A stretch of 52,957 nucleotides of DNA, filler included, from a bacterium (GTDB lineage Bacteria > CLD3 > SB21): the NCBI GenBank assembly GCA_013360215.1. It is 4 parts of 4 records of this genome, joined end to end, with 100 filler letters (N's around TTAATTAATTAA, not from the genome) between each part and the next. Parts side by side here need not be neighbours in the genome. Positions count along the whole stretch, not along the records: positions 12,065 to 23,456 come from JABWCP010000048.1; positions 23,557 to 32,957 come from JABWCP010000049.1; 2 more parts are not named here. One strand, given 5' to 3'. The notes beneath the pieces are model-generated. The model saw nothing but the letters and a program-made list of their open reading frames with translations, had not been told where the DNA came from and searched no databases. This document shows positions 18,945-28,311 of this stretch, in pieces. The translations under genes were made by a program, and so were the position numbers. Every line of letters starts with the position of its first letter. Position 1 is the first letter of the stretch.

Positions 18945-21900
18945 TTAGAATTCTGAAGGATTTTTACCAAATTCCTCACGAAAACATTTGGTAAAGTAGG
19001 ATAAATTATTAAAACCGACGTCAAATGCCACTTGGGAAACGTTACCGGCGTTCTTTTCGAGCATAATTTTTGCCTTTTTGAGGCGCCACTTCCGGATAGT
19101 ATCGGTTGGGTTCATACCGGTCAGCGCGATCATTTTTCTGTAAAGTTGCGACCGGCTCATCAGGAGTTGTGCGGCCATATCCTCAACGTTAAAATCCGGA
19201 TCAGTAATATTTTCTTCCAAAACTTCCTGAACACGGCTCATAAACAAATCATTTACATTTTTTACATCATAGATCGCTTGTCCGGAAAAGAACGTTTTGC
19301 TGTATTTTTCGATGAGCGTCTCACGAAGGCGGATGCAATTATTGATCCGGGTCTTTAGTTCGCGCACATTGAATGGTTTGACAAGATAGTCATCGGCACC
19401 GGTTTCCAGTCCCTCTATTTTATTATCTTCAGACGCCTTAGCCGTCAATAAAATCACTGGAATATGATTGGTTCGCATATCCTTTTTGAGTTCACGCGAA
19501 AGCGCTACGCCGTCTTTTTTGGGCATCATAATATCACTGATGATCAGATCAGGCACGAGCGAAACAGCTTTATCAAACCCCTCGACGCCGTCACGAGCTT
19601 CGGAGATTTGAAATTCTCCGGAAAGATGTTCTTTGATGTAATCGCGGACGTCTGGATGATCCTCCACGATCAAAATAGTTTTCCCCCGATATTCAGAGTT
19701 CGTATCACTTACCACATTATCGTCCGACCAATCCGCCTCGGCGTCCCATTTGACGGTTCGATCTGCTTCGATTGATTTCTCTTCATCAGGCCATACTTCC
19801 GGATTCAACGGCAGGTGCAGCGTAAAAGTTGTGCCCCGATGCAACTGACTCACGACTGTCAGGCGACCGTGATGCAGTTCAGACAATTGCTTGGCAAGGG
19901 CCAGACCAATACCTGTTCCAGGATACTCGCGCATTTCTGAAGAATCCACCTGATAAAAACGGTCGAAAATTTTTGTTATATCAGATTCCGAAATTCCAAC
20001 GCCTGTATCGGAAACGTTGATCTGAATATGATCGGAGTCGCGCTGAACAGAGACACGTACTTCTCCTTTTTGAGTAAACTTGATCGCATTGGAAATCAAA
20101 TTAAATAAAATTTTTTCTAAAAATTCACGGTCACGGTAAAATTCCGGCAGATTGTCCTCAAGTTTTAATTTCAGTTCAATGCCTTTGCGGTCAGCCAGCG
20201 AAGAAAACGCATGTACCACTCCTTTCATAAAATTCAAGTCACCGAGGCACGCGTTGGGTTTCAGCTGATGATTTTCAATTTTAGATATGTCCAGCAGCTG
20301 ATTGACAAGCCGGAGCAATCTTTTGCCATTGCGCAAAACCATATCCGCCATGGGCCATGCGGAAGGTCCGGACCTGAGTTCCTCCAACGGCCCGAGAATC
20401 AGCGTCAAGGGGGTTCGAAATTCATGTGAAATATTAGCAAAGAATCTGGATTTGATCTCGTCCATTTCTTCCAGTTTTTTGGCTTGCTCCTGAAGTTGAC
20501 GTGTTCGCACCTCGACAATCCGTTCTAATTCTGCTTTTTCAGCAAGTATTTTTCTGGATCGAAATTGCACGCCACCCCACCAAGTTAAACCCAGCAAAGT
20601 CACATAAAGTAAATATGCCCACCACGTGCGATACCACGGAGGAAGCACTGTAAAACGGACGTGGCTATCCTGGCTAACGTGCCCTAATACATTGCGGCTG
20701 CGAACTGAAAAAACATACGTACCTTCGTAAAGATTGGAATATTCTTTTGTGTTTTCTTTTGACCAGATTGACCACCCTTTATCGGTGCTTAATTTATATT
20801 GAAATTCCGTTTCTTTTTCATCCACAAATGAAGTCGAACCATACTCAATACGAACCTGCGTCTGATCATATCCCAACGTGAGATTGTCGGGAATCGCATT
20901 CCCTTGAAATAAAACCGAGTCGCGCCCAATCCCAAAAAAAGAGATAACGGTCGAATGTGACGGAAAAACATGTTTCAGTTTTTGATCATATCGAATAACA
21001 CCACTCGTCGTTGAAAACCAAATGACGCTATCGCGATCCCTAAGCACATAGTTGAGGGCTGATCGTTTGGCCAGCAGGGCTATTCGACTAAATGTCTGAC
21101 TATCCCATTGCATTGTGGCGGCAACTTGTTTTCCACGAAATAACTTTGTCGGTGTGCTCACCCAAATATCGCCGAGCATATCCGTAATGGCATACGTGAT
21201 CGGCTCCGATTCATTCCAAAGCCGTGTATCACGTACAAAACTTGATTGAACAGTATCATAGCTGAAAATTCCTGCCCTGCAGGCAATCCAGGCGGATGCT
21301 CCCCCGCCGATAATTTCGAGATTTTTATTTTCCGACGAAAGATTTTGACCAACGGATACGATTGTTTCAGAATTCAAATCCATGTTTATGATTTCGTTTG
21401 CGCCCGATCTTATCCAAAATTTACCGGGAGTACCTTTGAAGATTTGAAAAATACGCCCTTTCAAAGCGGGAACGACATTTTTTATTTGCTTTGACTTGAT
21501 ATCAATAATACAAAGGCCGTTATTTTTTCCTAATAACCAGCGGCCATTCTCAAGCTCACAATAACTGTAAGCGTTGACTTCAGCATCCCACGTTGTAACT
21601 TTGTTTGAAGCATCGAAAATCTTAAGGCCATTTACAGTCCCCAATAAATGGATCTCACCGATCGGTACCGACCAATACACGGCACCGATCCCAAATGCTT
21701 GCGTATGATTTTTATGAAGTTCATAGAGGTCATTACCGGTGCCGATAAATAAATTATCGCCTTTACGAAAAATGCAATTGACCCCGCTTTTGAGTCCTTG
21801 TTCTTTTTGTAAAAAACGAAAAGACGACAATTCAATTTTATTGACCCCATCCTCCGTCATCACCCACAAATTCCCTTCTTGATCTTCCAAAACACCATTA

Positions 21901-22757
21901 CATGCGTTTGCAGAAAGGCCCTCTTTTTCTGTGATTTCATCGACGACTTGCAGTTGATCATTCAGAATAACCAATCCGCTTGTAAACGAGCAGAAAGCAA
22001 ATCCGCCATGTTTCAACCGGATACCGCTGTGAATATACTTAAGAGGATAAATCGGCCGGATATCGCCTTTATCCCATAAAATTAACCCTTTTTCGTGCGA
22101 GCCAATCAGGGCACGGTTACTGTCGAACCGGAAAACGCCATAAGTGCCGTCTTTTTTCGAATATTTTGAAAATGGAGCTTCGACGATGGAGTCGCCCGCT
22201 AGTTCAAAAATCGCATATTGCTTCTGTTCGTCCCTTCCTGTGATTGTTATTTTCCCGCCGTTATAATACAAAACGCCAAAACTTTTTTTACCAGCTGCGA
22301 TAGTAGTAAACGTTTGATTTTTCCATCGGTAGATACCCGACCGGCATACAAAATATACCGCTGAATCTATAACTGCGACTGAACGTACGCCCCCTGCAAT
22401 AGCACCTGAAGGAAGTTTATCGAGTAAAGACACCCTTCGGGGTTTTCCATTGGTAAATTCGATATATCCCAAATCGTTCGGTCCATCGTAATATAATTTA
22501 CCCTGAGCATCAAATTCCGTCGCACGAATCGGACCGCCGCTGATTTCAAATTCGTAACGCCATGTCACACCATCATAGGAATAGAATGCATTTCCATTGG
22601 AAAGGTATAAAATACCTGACGGGGCTTGTACGATTTGCCAGTTTTGGGGATGAGTGCCTGGATGGTAAACTGTGATCTTTGGAGCTATGGTCTGACCTGA
22701 TACTAATCCGAAACGAACTAGTAAAAAAAGTAAAAATGTTTTTTTGAGATTTTTCAA
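18945..22757 (-). CDS. Hybrid two-component sensor kinase/response regulator/AraC HTH (HTCS)
   Basis: Signal peptide, beta-propeller repeats (ED.EGNLWV), Y_Y_Y (YSNLYEGTYVFSVR), TM (PPWYRTWWAY), HisKA (FFANISHEFRTPL), HATPase (NLISNAIKFT, GTGIGL), REC (IISDIMMP, LLTAK, KPF) and AraC HTH (MSRSQLYRK, VGFNNLSYFTKCF). Confidence 0.95.
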   Translation of the reverse strand: MKNLKKTFLLFLLVRFGLVSGQTIAPKITVYHPGTHPQNWQIVQAPSGILYLSNGNAFYSYDGVTWRYEFEISGGPIRATEFDAQGKLYYDGPNDLGYIEFTNGKPRRVSLLDKLPSGAIAGGVRSVAVIDSAVYFVCRSGIYRWKNQTFTTIAAGKKSFGVLYYNGGKITITGRDEQKQYAIFELAGDSIVEAPFSKYSKKDGTYGVFRFDSNRALIGSHEKGLILWDKGDIRPIYPLKYIHSGIRLKHGGFAFCSFTSGLVILNDQLQVVDEITEKEGLSANACNGVLEDQEGNLWVMTEDGVNKIELSSFRFLQKEQGLKSGVNCIFRKGDNLFIGTGNDLYELHKNHTQAFGIGAVYWSVPIGEIHLLGTVNGLKIFDASNKVTTWDAEVNAYSYCELENGRWLLGKNNGLCIIDIKSKQIKNVVPALKGRIFQIFKGTPGKFWIRSGANEIINMDLNSETIVSVGQNLSSENKNLEIIGGGASAWIACRAGIFSYDTVQSSFVRDTRLWNESEPITYAITDMLGDIWVSTPTKLFRGKQVAATMQWDSQTFSRIALLAKRSALNYVLRDRDSVIWFSTTSGVIRYDQKLKHVFPSHSTVISFFGIGRDSVLFQGNAIPDNLTLGYDQTQVRIEYGSTSFVDEKETEFQYKLSTDKGWSIWSKENTKEYSNLYEGTYVFSVRSRNVLGHVSQDSHVRFTVLPPWYRTWWAYLLYVTLLGLTWWGGVQFRSRKILAEKAELERIVEVRTRQLQEQAKKLEEMDEIKSRFFANISHEFRTPLTLILGPLEELRSGPSAWPMADMVLRNGKRLLRLVNQLLDISKIENHQLKPNACLGDLNFMKGVVHAFSSLADRKGIELKLKLEDNLPEFYRDREFLEKILFNLISNAIKFTQKGEVRVSVQRDSDHIQINVSDTGVGISESDITKIFDRFYQVDSSEMREYPGTGIGLALAKQLSELHHGRLTVVSQLHRGTTFTLHLPLNPEVWPDEEKSIEADRTVKWDAEADWSDDNVVSDTNSEYRGKTILIVEDHPDVRDYIKEHLSGEFQISEARDGVEGFDKAVSLVPDLIISDIMMPKKDGVALSRELKKDMRTNHIPVILLTAKASEDNKIEGLETGADDYLVKPFNVRELKTRINNCIRLRETLIEKYSKTFFSGQAIYDVKNVNDLFMSRVQEVLEENITDPDFNVEDMAAQLLMSRSQLYRKMIALTGMNPTDTIRKWRLKKAKIMLEKNAGNVSQVAFDVGFNNLSYFTKCFREEFGKNPSEF

Positions 22758-23183
22758 TAGAGGAGGTTTTCAAATTCAAAAAATTTTTTCATATATAAAT
22801 ACAAATCGATCGCAAAGCAAAATAATTTTCGATGTCCAAATCGGAAAACCCGGATTTTATTGCAACCCCGAATTTTGTGGAATGCTTTGGAGAGGAAAGA
22901 ATTCGAAATTGGACTTAGGTGATGCAGATTAATTTATCGCTTTTTTTTTACTAATCTTTCACCACGTCGGGCGCCAGAGATAACCATTAAGACCAAATTG
23001 ATCCTCAGGCGTTAGCTCAGGGATTTACATACAAATCATCTTTTATAAAGCAGAGGAAGCTCAGAAATCGATCCTACGATCTACTACAATAATGCAATTG
23101 AAAATATCTTGTCGGTATTTACAGCCAAATTTAACCTTCAAACTCTCATCTTTTTTTAGGAAGTTTGGAACACCACTTCCCCG

Positions 23184-23212
23184 TTGCTTATCCCGCGCAA
23201 TATTCATAAAAT
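23184..23212 (+). promoter_or_regulatory. Putative sigma70-type promoter for rpe
   Basis: TTGCTT-17 nt-TAAAAT, ending 30 nt before the rpe ATG. Confidence 0.5.
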
Positions 23213-23242
23213 AGCTTCTGAATAATTAACTGTTTTATATTT

Positions 23243-23456
23243 ATGCCCATCATTGCACCTTCTATTTTATCGGCCGATTTTGCCAATCTTTCGCGGGATA
23301 TTCGCATCGCCGAAGAATCCGGTGCGGATTGGATTCACGTCGATGTGATGGACGGAAGTTTTGTACCTAATATTACGATCGGTCCGGTGGTCGTCGAACA
23401 TCTCCGTAAAATCACCAAACTTCCGCTGGATGTTCATCTTATGATCGTCGAACCCG
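23243..23456 (+). CDS. rpe: Ribulose-phosphate 3-epimerase, 5' part (cut by contig end)
   Basis: [10 protein letters not shown]...[17 protein letters not shown]...PLDVHLMI motifs. Confidence 0.96.
23374..23456 (+). repeat. 83-bp direct repeat, right copy
   Basis: Identical to 12065-12147. Confidence 0.97.
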
Positions 23457-23556
23457 NNNNNNNNNNNNNNNNNNNNNNNNNNNNNNNNNNNNNNNNNNNN
23501 TTAATTAATTAANNNNNNNNNNNNNNNNNNNNNNNNNNNNNNNNNNNNNNNNNNNN
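23457..23556. other. Artificial contig linker
   Basis: N44-TTAATTAATTAA-N44. Confidence 0.98.
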
Positions 23557-24018
23557 ATCACGATCGTGTCTGATAAAAAATGGAATATCAAAAAATATCA
23601 ATGCATTCAATGGCGTTGGCGCGTCAATCAATTTCCTACCGGCGCCAATGAATATGCCAAAGGTAAAACCGATAACGCGGCCAGCCTGTATATCAGTTAT
23701 TACGTGAGTTTTATCGGCATACCGCGCAGTATCAAGTATATTTGGAGTAATACACTTCCGGAATGCGAAACTTTCCGAAAAGATGGTACAGGAAAGGCGA
23801 CGAATGTAGTCGTGGAAAGCGGCACCTCCAAAACCGGCCAATGGATCACGGAAACAATCAATATCTACGAACAATATAAACGCGTATTCGGTGAATATCC
23901 GCCGGATGAAGTCGCCGGTATAGCGATACGTACGGATGCCGATGGCACCAATTCGCGTGCGATCGCCGACTACGATGATATTATTGCCATTCCGTATTGC
24001 GATGGGCCTTGTAAATAA
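23557..24018 (+). CDS. DUF3047-family protein, 3' part
   Basis: W.W.V...P.GA.E....DNAASLY...IKYIWS...VVVESG...GQW.TE..N...GIAI.TDAD.T pattern; frame open to the contig edge. Confidence 0.75.
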   Translation: MTIVSDKKWNIKKYQCIQWRWRVNQFPTGANEYAKGKTDNAASLYISYYVSFIGIPRSIKYIWSNTLPECETFRKDGTGKATNVVVESGTSKTGQWITETINIYEQYKRVFGEYPPDEVAGIAIRTDADGTNSRAIADYDDIIAIPYCDGPCK

Positions 24019-24037
24019 GGACAGTGAAAAATAAAGA

Positions 24038-25084
24038 ATGTTTAAAATACTTAATAATATCACCCACCGGCGCCCTGTTAACTCCAGCACCGAAGTTCGG
24101 ATAACCTACAAGTGTACGCAGCGCTGTCGGCAGTGTGTGATTCCTTTCAAAAATACTCATACGATGACGGTGGACGAATTTGCTCACGTCATGGAAAATC
24201 TGCGCAGTTACGGAGCCTATGTCGGCTTCATATCGGGCGGGGAGACGACGGTCGTGGATGGTTTGCCGGAGATGCTGCTTGAAGCGCATAAAACTTTTCG
24301 TTTTGCGACGACACTTGTGACAGGGCTTTATAATAAATGGGAAAATATAGAGCCGGCTGCACGGATTTGTATGGAAAACGGAATGCATATTCAGACATCG
24401 TTTGACGGTTTGGGGGAGATTGGGGATCATTTGCGCGGATGCAAAGATTTCGAAAAAGTGATTTCCGAAAACATGCGCAGAATAAGTGAGTTGAGACGAG
24501 ATATCCAAAAGAAAAATAAAAAGAAATCTGTACTTTATGCCAATACGGTGATGAGTGATATCAATTTAGATCAGGTCCCCGATATCATCGCGCACGTCAA
24601 ATCTTTAGGATGGAAATCAACAGTCGGAATGTACCATACATTGACTTTTTCGACACGCTACAATGATGATATGGTTTTGCGTCCTGGCGAACGATTAAAT
24701 AAAACCATGGCGTTTTTAAAGCAAAATCCCGACGTGATGAATTTAGATGCTTGGATTGACGGCGTCATTCCTTATGTGGAAGATCCGAATTTAAATTGGT
24801 GCCCGTTTGTAAAAGCACCGTACTTAGCGACACGCACGACGATCATGGAAAACGGCGATGTGCATCTCTGCAAGGGTAATCCGATAGGAAATGTTTTTCG
24901 GCAATCGTTAGGGAAAATTTTCGAAAGTTATGAATACAAACAAAGATTAGATGAATACAGCCGATGCGAAGGTTGCTGGACTACCTGCTATACGCAGCGG
25001 TATCTGTCGGTGCGACCCAAGTCAATCAGTGAGGCTGTTTCAAATATTAAAAAAATCAAACGTAATACGACGGTGGAATTATGA
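24038..25084 (+). CDS. Radical SAM enzyme with C-terminal SPASM/twitch-like Cys cluster
   Basis: CTQRCRQC (CxxxCxxC), ISGGE, SFDG...DHLRG; C-terminal CPF...NGDVHLC...GN...CEGCWTTC. Confidence 0.9.
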   Translation: MFKILNNITHRRPVNSSTEVRITYKCTQRCRQCVIPFKNTHTMTVDEFAHVMENLRSYGAYVGFISGGETTVVDGLPEMLLEAHKTFRFATTLVTGLYNKWENIEPAARICMENGMHIQTSFDGLGEIGDHLRGCKDFEKVISENMRRISELRRDIQKKNKKKSVLYANTVMSDINLDQVPDIIAHVKSLGWKSTVGMYHTLTFSTRYNDDMVLRPGERLNKTMAFLKQNPDVMNLDAWIDGVIPYVEDPNLNWCPFVKAPYLATRTTIMENGDVHLCKGNPIGNVFRQSLGKIFESYEYKQRLDEYSRCEGCWTTCYTQRYLSVRPKSISEAVSNIKKIKRNTTVEL

Positions 25085-25275
25085 TACGTTTTACGAAGCG
25101 TTTTTATTTCGGTATGCCTTTGTCGCTCGCGGGCATACTGATCGCATTCAATTATATCAGTAACTACCGTACCTATGCCGTTGTTCTTTTCTGGACCGGT
25201 ATTATAACCGGTATCGTCGGATGTTACCTCATGTTTAAGGGCATCAAATCGAAAAAAATAAAAATCGAACCCTGA
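25081..25275 (+). CDS. Small two-TM membrane protein
   Basis: 64 aa, two hydrophobic segments; ATGA overlap with the radical SAM gene. Confidence 0.6.
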   Translation: MIRFTKRFYFGMPLSLAGILIAFNYISNYRTYAVVLFWTGIITGIVGCYLMFKGIKSKKIKIEP

Positions 25276-25281
25276 TACGAT

Positions 25282-25554
25282 TTACGATGTAGGTTCGACG
25301 AATCCTTCCGGGCGCGCTGCTGTACCGCTAAAAAGAAACTGCTGAACTTGTTGTTTGAATATTTCATCCGTACGCGGATCCATCAGATTGAGGCGGTATT
25401 CATTCATCACCATTTTGAAATGTTCTTCAAACATTTTCCATGCTTGTTTAGACACCTGCTCATATACCCGTTTGCCGATTTCACCCGGGATCGGCGCTTT
25501 ATCGAGACCTTCGAGTTCCTGATTGAGTTTTATACAGTACACCATGCGTGCCAT
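25282..25554 (-). CDS. yggX: Fe(II)-trafficking / oxidative damage protection protein
   Basis: MARMVYCIKL..E.EGLD..P.PGE.GKR.YE.VSK.AW......M..NEYRL pattern. Confidence 0.9.
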   Translation of the reverse strand: MARMVYCIKLNQELEGLDKAPIPGEIGKRVYEQVSKQAWKMFEEHFKMVMNEYRLNLMDPRTDEIFKQQVQQFLFSGTAARPEGFVEPTS

Positions 25555-25643
25555 AGATCATACTCCGAATTGTTGTTGATATATAAACCAAACGCGCTGA
25601 AGATAGCGGATTTGATAAAAAAAACAAATACTATCGCACGCTT

Positions 25644-26750
25644 ATGAAATCAGTTTCAACCTATGTAAAAAAAACAACCCGGTGGTATACGCGATACCAA
25701 AACGTGATTTCTCCGGTTTCGTTTTTACTCGGATTCGTATGGGATGCTTTTTCTTCCAAACGCATTGATGCCATGGATCAAAATTACCTGCTAATGGGTT
25801 ATTTGCTCATTGCTGGTATTCTATTGCTGTTATTGCACGCCGTAAAAGCTGAAAAAATCAAAACGGGTTTTTGGGTGACGTATCAAAAGCTTCTTCCCTT
25901 GGGTTTTCATTTTTGTTTGGGCAATCTCTACAGCAACCATGTTTATTTTTATTTTCAAAGTGCCGCCGGATTCAAATCATTGGTCTTTATAGCCGGACTC
26001 ATGGTTCTATTGTTAGCCAATGAGTTTTATAAAGAGCGCATCCATCAGTTTTATCTTCAATTTGTGATGTTTTTTTTGGCGGCATTCTCTTTTTTCATTT
26101 TTTTTGTTCCGCTGTTTACTCGTGAATTGGGTTATCGGTCTTTTTTGATCGGAGGATGTATCAGTTTGGCATTTACCATGATGCTAATTTCCGCCGTCGC
26201 GCTTATAGCGAGGGCGCGATACCGTAAGCTCTTGATCAAAAGCGCCGGACTGATGATCGTGATCTATGGGGTTATGAATATATTCTATTTCGCCCGGTGG
26301 ATTCCGCCGGTTCCGCTTGCACTGCGTCATGTGGGTATTTATCACACGATGAAAAAAAAGGACCAACGGTATGAATTGCAATATGAAAAAGCGGAGGCAT
26401 GGGAGTTTTGGCGCACATCGGGGGATGTGTATCATTGGCAACCCGGTGACACGGTAATTTGTTTTGCAGCGATTTTTGCCCCAACCGAAATTCACACCAC
26501 GATACATTACCAGTGGGAGCAATATTTAGAAGACCGTAACGCGTGGGTAATGCAGGATCATCAGAGTCATACTTTGCAAGGCGGGCGTGATGCGGGTTAT
26601 CGTGGCTACTCTCGTAAGGGCGTGATTTCTCCGGGAGCATGGCGCGTCGAAATAACTACGGAGGAAGGACTGTTGATGGGATCTCTCAACTTTCGGGTTG
26701 AACAAGTAACAAAAGAATTTGAAAGAAAATTAGAAACCATTGAATGGTAA
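25644..26750 (+). CDS. Multi-TM membrane protein with C-terminal DUF2914-like domain
   Basis: About 8 hydrophobic segments, then FAAIFAPT...W...GGRD.GYRGYS.K....PG.WRVE..TE.G. Confidence 0.8.
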   Translation: MKSVSTYVKKTTRWYTRYQNVISPVSFLLGFVWDAFSSKRIDAMDQNYLLMGYLLIAGILLLLLHAVKAEKIKTGFWVTYQKLLPLGFHFCLGNLYSNHVYFYFQSAAGFKSLVFIAGLMVLLLANEFYKERIHQFYLQFVMFFLAAFSFFIFFVPLFTRELGYRSFLIGGCISLAFTMMLISAVALIARARYRKLLIKSAGLMIVIYGVMNIFYFARWIPPVPLALRHVGIYHTMKKKDQRYELQYEKAEAWEFWRTSGDVYHWQPGDTVICFAAIFAPTEIHTTIHYQWEQYLEDRNAWVMQDHQSHTLQGGRDAGYRGYSRKGVISPGAWRVEITTEEGLLMGSLNFRVEQVTKEFERKLETIEW

Positions 26751-26770
26751 TATCCATTGAATGGTAATAT
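26737..26770. repeat. Perfect 17-bp tandem duplication
   Basis: CCATTGAATGGTAATAT twice (26737-26753, 26754-26770); the first copy spans the stop codon of the upstream gene. Confidence 0.9.
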
Positions 26771-26896
26771 AATATGTTTGTTTCTTAATGAATACGGTTG
26801 CCATGATTGAAGTTGAAAATGTGAAACCGATGATTTAACTTGCCACAATTTATTTATTGTATGCATCGTAGTCATCTTAACAATAGGGGTTTTTGT

Positions 26897-28285
26897 ATGA
26901 GATTAAAGACGTTTCGTTCATTCAAATTGATTTTATTAAAAGCTTTCTTATTTGGGATCATATGTTGGCCGTTGTATGGTCAAAAAAGCAATGATGTTTT
27001 GATTGATTCATTTCAAGTATTGATTGACAAGGAGGGGGTGGTAGAATACTTAAAAATCAGTGACTCAAAAAATTTGGATTATTTTTTATCCCGCTATCAG
27101 GCACAACCTCGGCGTATAGCTCTAACTGGAATTGAACTTATCGGTTTATCCCGCGGCTCGAATGCTCATGATCGCATGAATAGGCTGGTGTCCTTCCTTA
27201 AAGAGCATGCCGGTAATTTATCTTATTTTGAGATTCGGGGGCCGTTGGAAAGTAAATTTGAGGCAGAGGAAATAAGAAAACTGGTTGGGGTACTCTCAAT
27301 ACTTCCTATTAAGCAGCTTAAGTGGGAGAATATGCCGCAATCTTATTTTAAAGGTAAAGAGTCTGTTTGGAAAGAGTTCCAAATCATGGCGGCGAAAATA
27401 CCGATAGTATCGCTTGAAAGAACGGAGTTAGATGATGTGCAATCTTTGATAACTCAAACGGTGTGGGACTCAGTACAGGAGTTGAATCTTAACTATACGA
27501 ACCTCAATTCGAATTTATTTCATCTCATGAATGATTCATGTTTTCCGCATCTCGTGAATTTGAGTACATCCGAAATCAGAGTAACCCCAAAAACCAAGCT
27601 TAATCCGAATTTTCCAAAATTGAAAACGTGGACATTAACTCAAATAAAATATGATTTGGATACTTATTGCAGTGATTTTTACAAAGCCTACGAATCTACG
27701 ATGAGATCATGTTCTAATTTGTTTTTACAGCTTCGATCCGATGGCGGTTTTTTTTCTATGACTAATGATCGCGATGTTATTCCTTTTGTTGTAGCGCGTC
27801 GAGATACTTTGCTGTGGCATAATGCCATATCAAAAATTAACCATCTTAATGGGTCAAAACTAGCCAAAACCGGTTATTTTTCGAGGGCTTATAAATTGCA
27901 GCGTGGTATGCAAGTGCCGAATACAGGGACATTCGGGTGGATACTTTTGAATGATGATGATATTAAAGCTTTTTTGTCTATACCGGATTTTGGTCTAATC
28001 ACTGAAATTACATTATCAGGAAAACTTGGAGTATGTGATGCCGAAATTCTGCTAAGTAAAGCGGCGCATATCACAAGGCTTTATATATTAAATGCTGACA
28101 TCCAGTCAACAGAAATCGAGATACTTCGCCGTTCTTATCCTATGGTTCAGATTATACTTATACAATCTGAATTACTTTCTCCCGAGAATGCTCTGTATAA
28201 TCCTGGGATGGATTGGTATATGCAGCAACAAATGAAACAATTGATGACTCCCAATATCCCAAATATGCCCAAAATACACCGTTAA
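26897..28285 (+). CDS. Secreted protein with degenerate leucine-rich repeats
   Basis: Signal-like N-terminus; LxxLxL-type units (VQELNLNYTNL, FPHLVNLST, FPKLKTWTL, ITEITL, ITRLYI); AT-rich; ATG 26897 follows AGGGG. Confidence 0.7.
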   Translation: MRLKTFRSFKLILLKAFLFGIICWPLYGQKSNDVLIDSFQVLIDKEGVVEYLKISDSKNLDYFLSRYQAQPRRIALTGIELIGLSRGSNAHDRMNRLVSFLKEHAGNLSYFEIRGPLESKFEAEEIRKLVGVLSILPIKQLKWENMPQSYFKGKESVWKEFQIMAAKIPIVSLERTELDDVQSLITQTVWDSVQELNLNYTNLNSNLFHLMNDSCFPHLVNLSTSEIRVTPKTKLNPNFPKLKTWTLTQIKYDLDTYCSDFYKAYESTMRSCSNLFLQLRSDGGFFSMTNDRDVIPFVVARRDTLLWHNAISKINHLNGSKLAKTGYFSRAYKLQRGMQVPNTGTFGWILLNDDDIKAFLSIPDFGLITEITLSGKLGVCDAEILLSKAAHITRLYILNADIQSTEIEILRRSYPMVQIILIQSELLSPENALYNPGMDWYMQQQMKQLMTPNIPNMPKIHR

Positions 28286-28311
28286 CAAATAACATTCAGG
28301 ATATATCAAGC

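Noticed and set aside
22758-23183. Long intergenic region between the HTCS gene and rpe as possible ncRNA or riboswitch
   Set aside because: No recognisable tRNA, riboswitch or repeat structure by eye; consistent with divergent promoters
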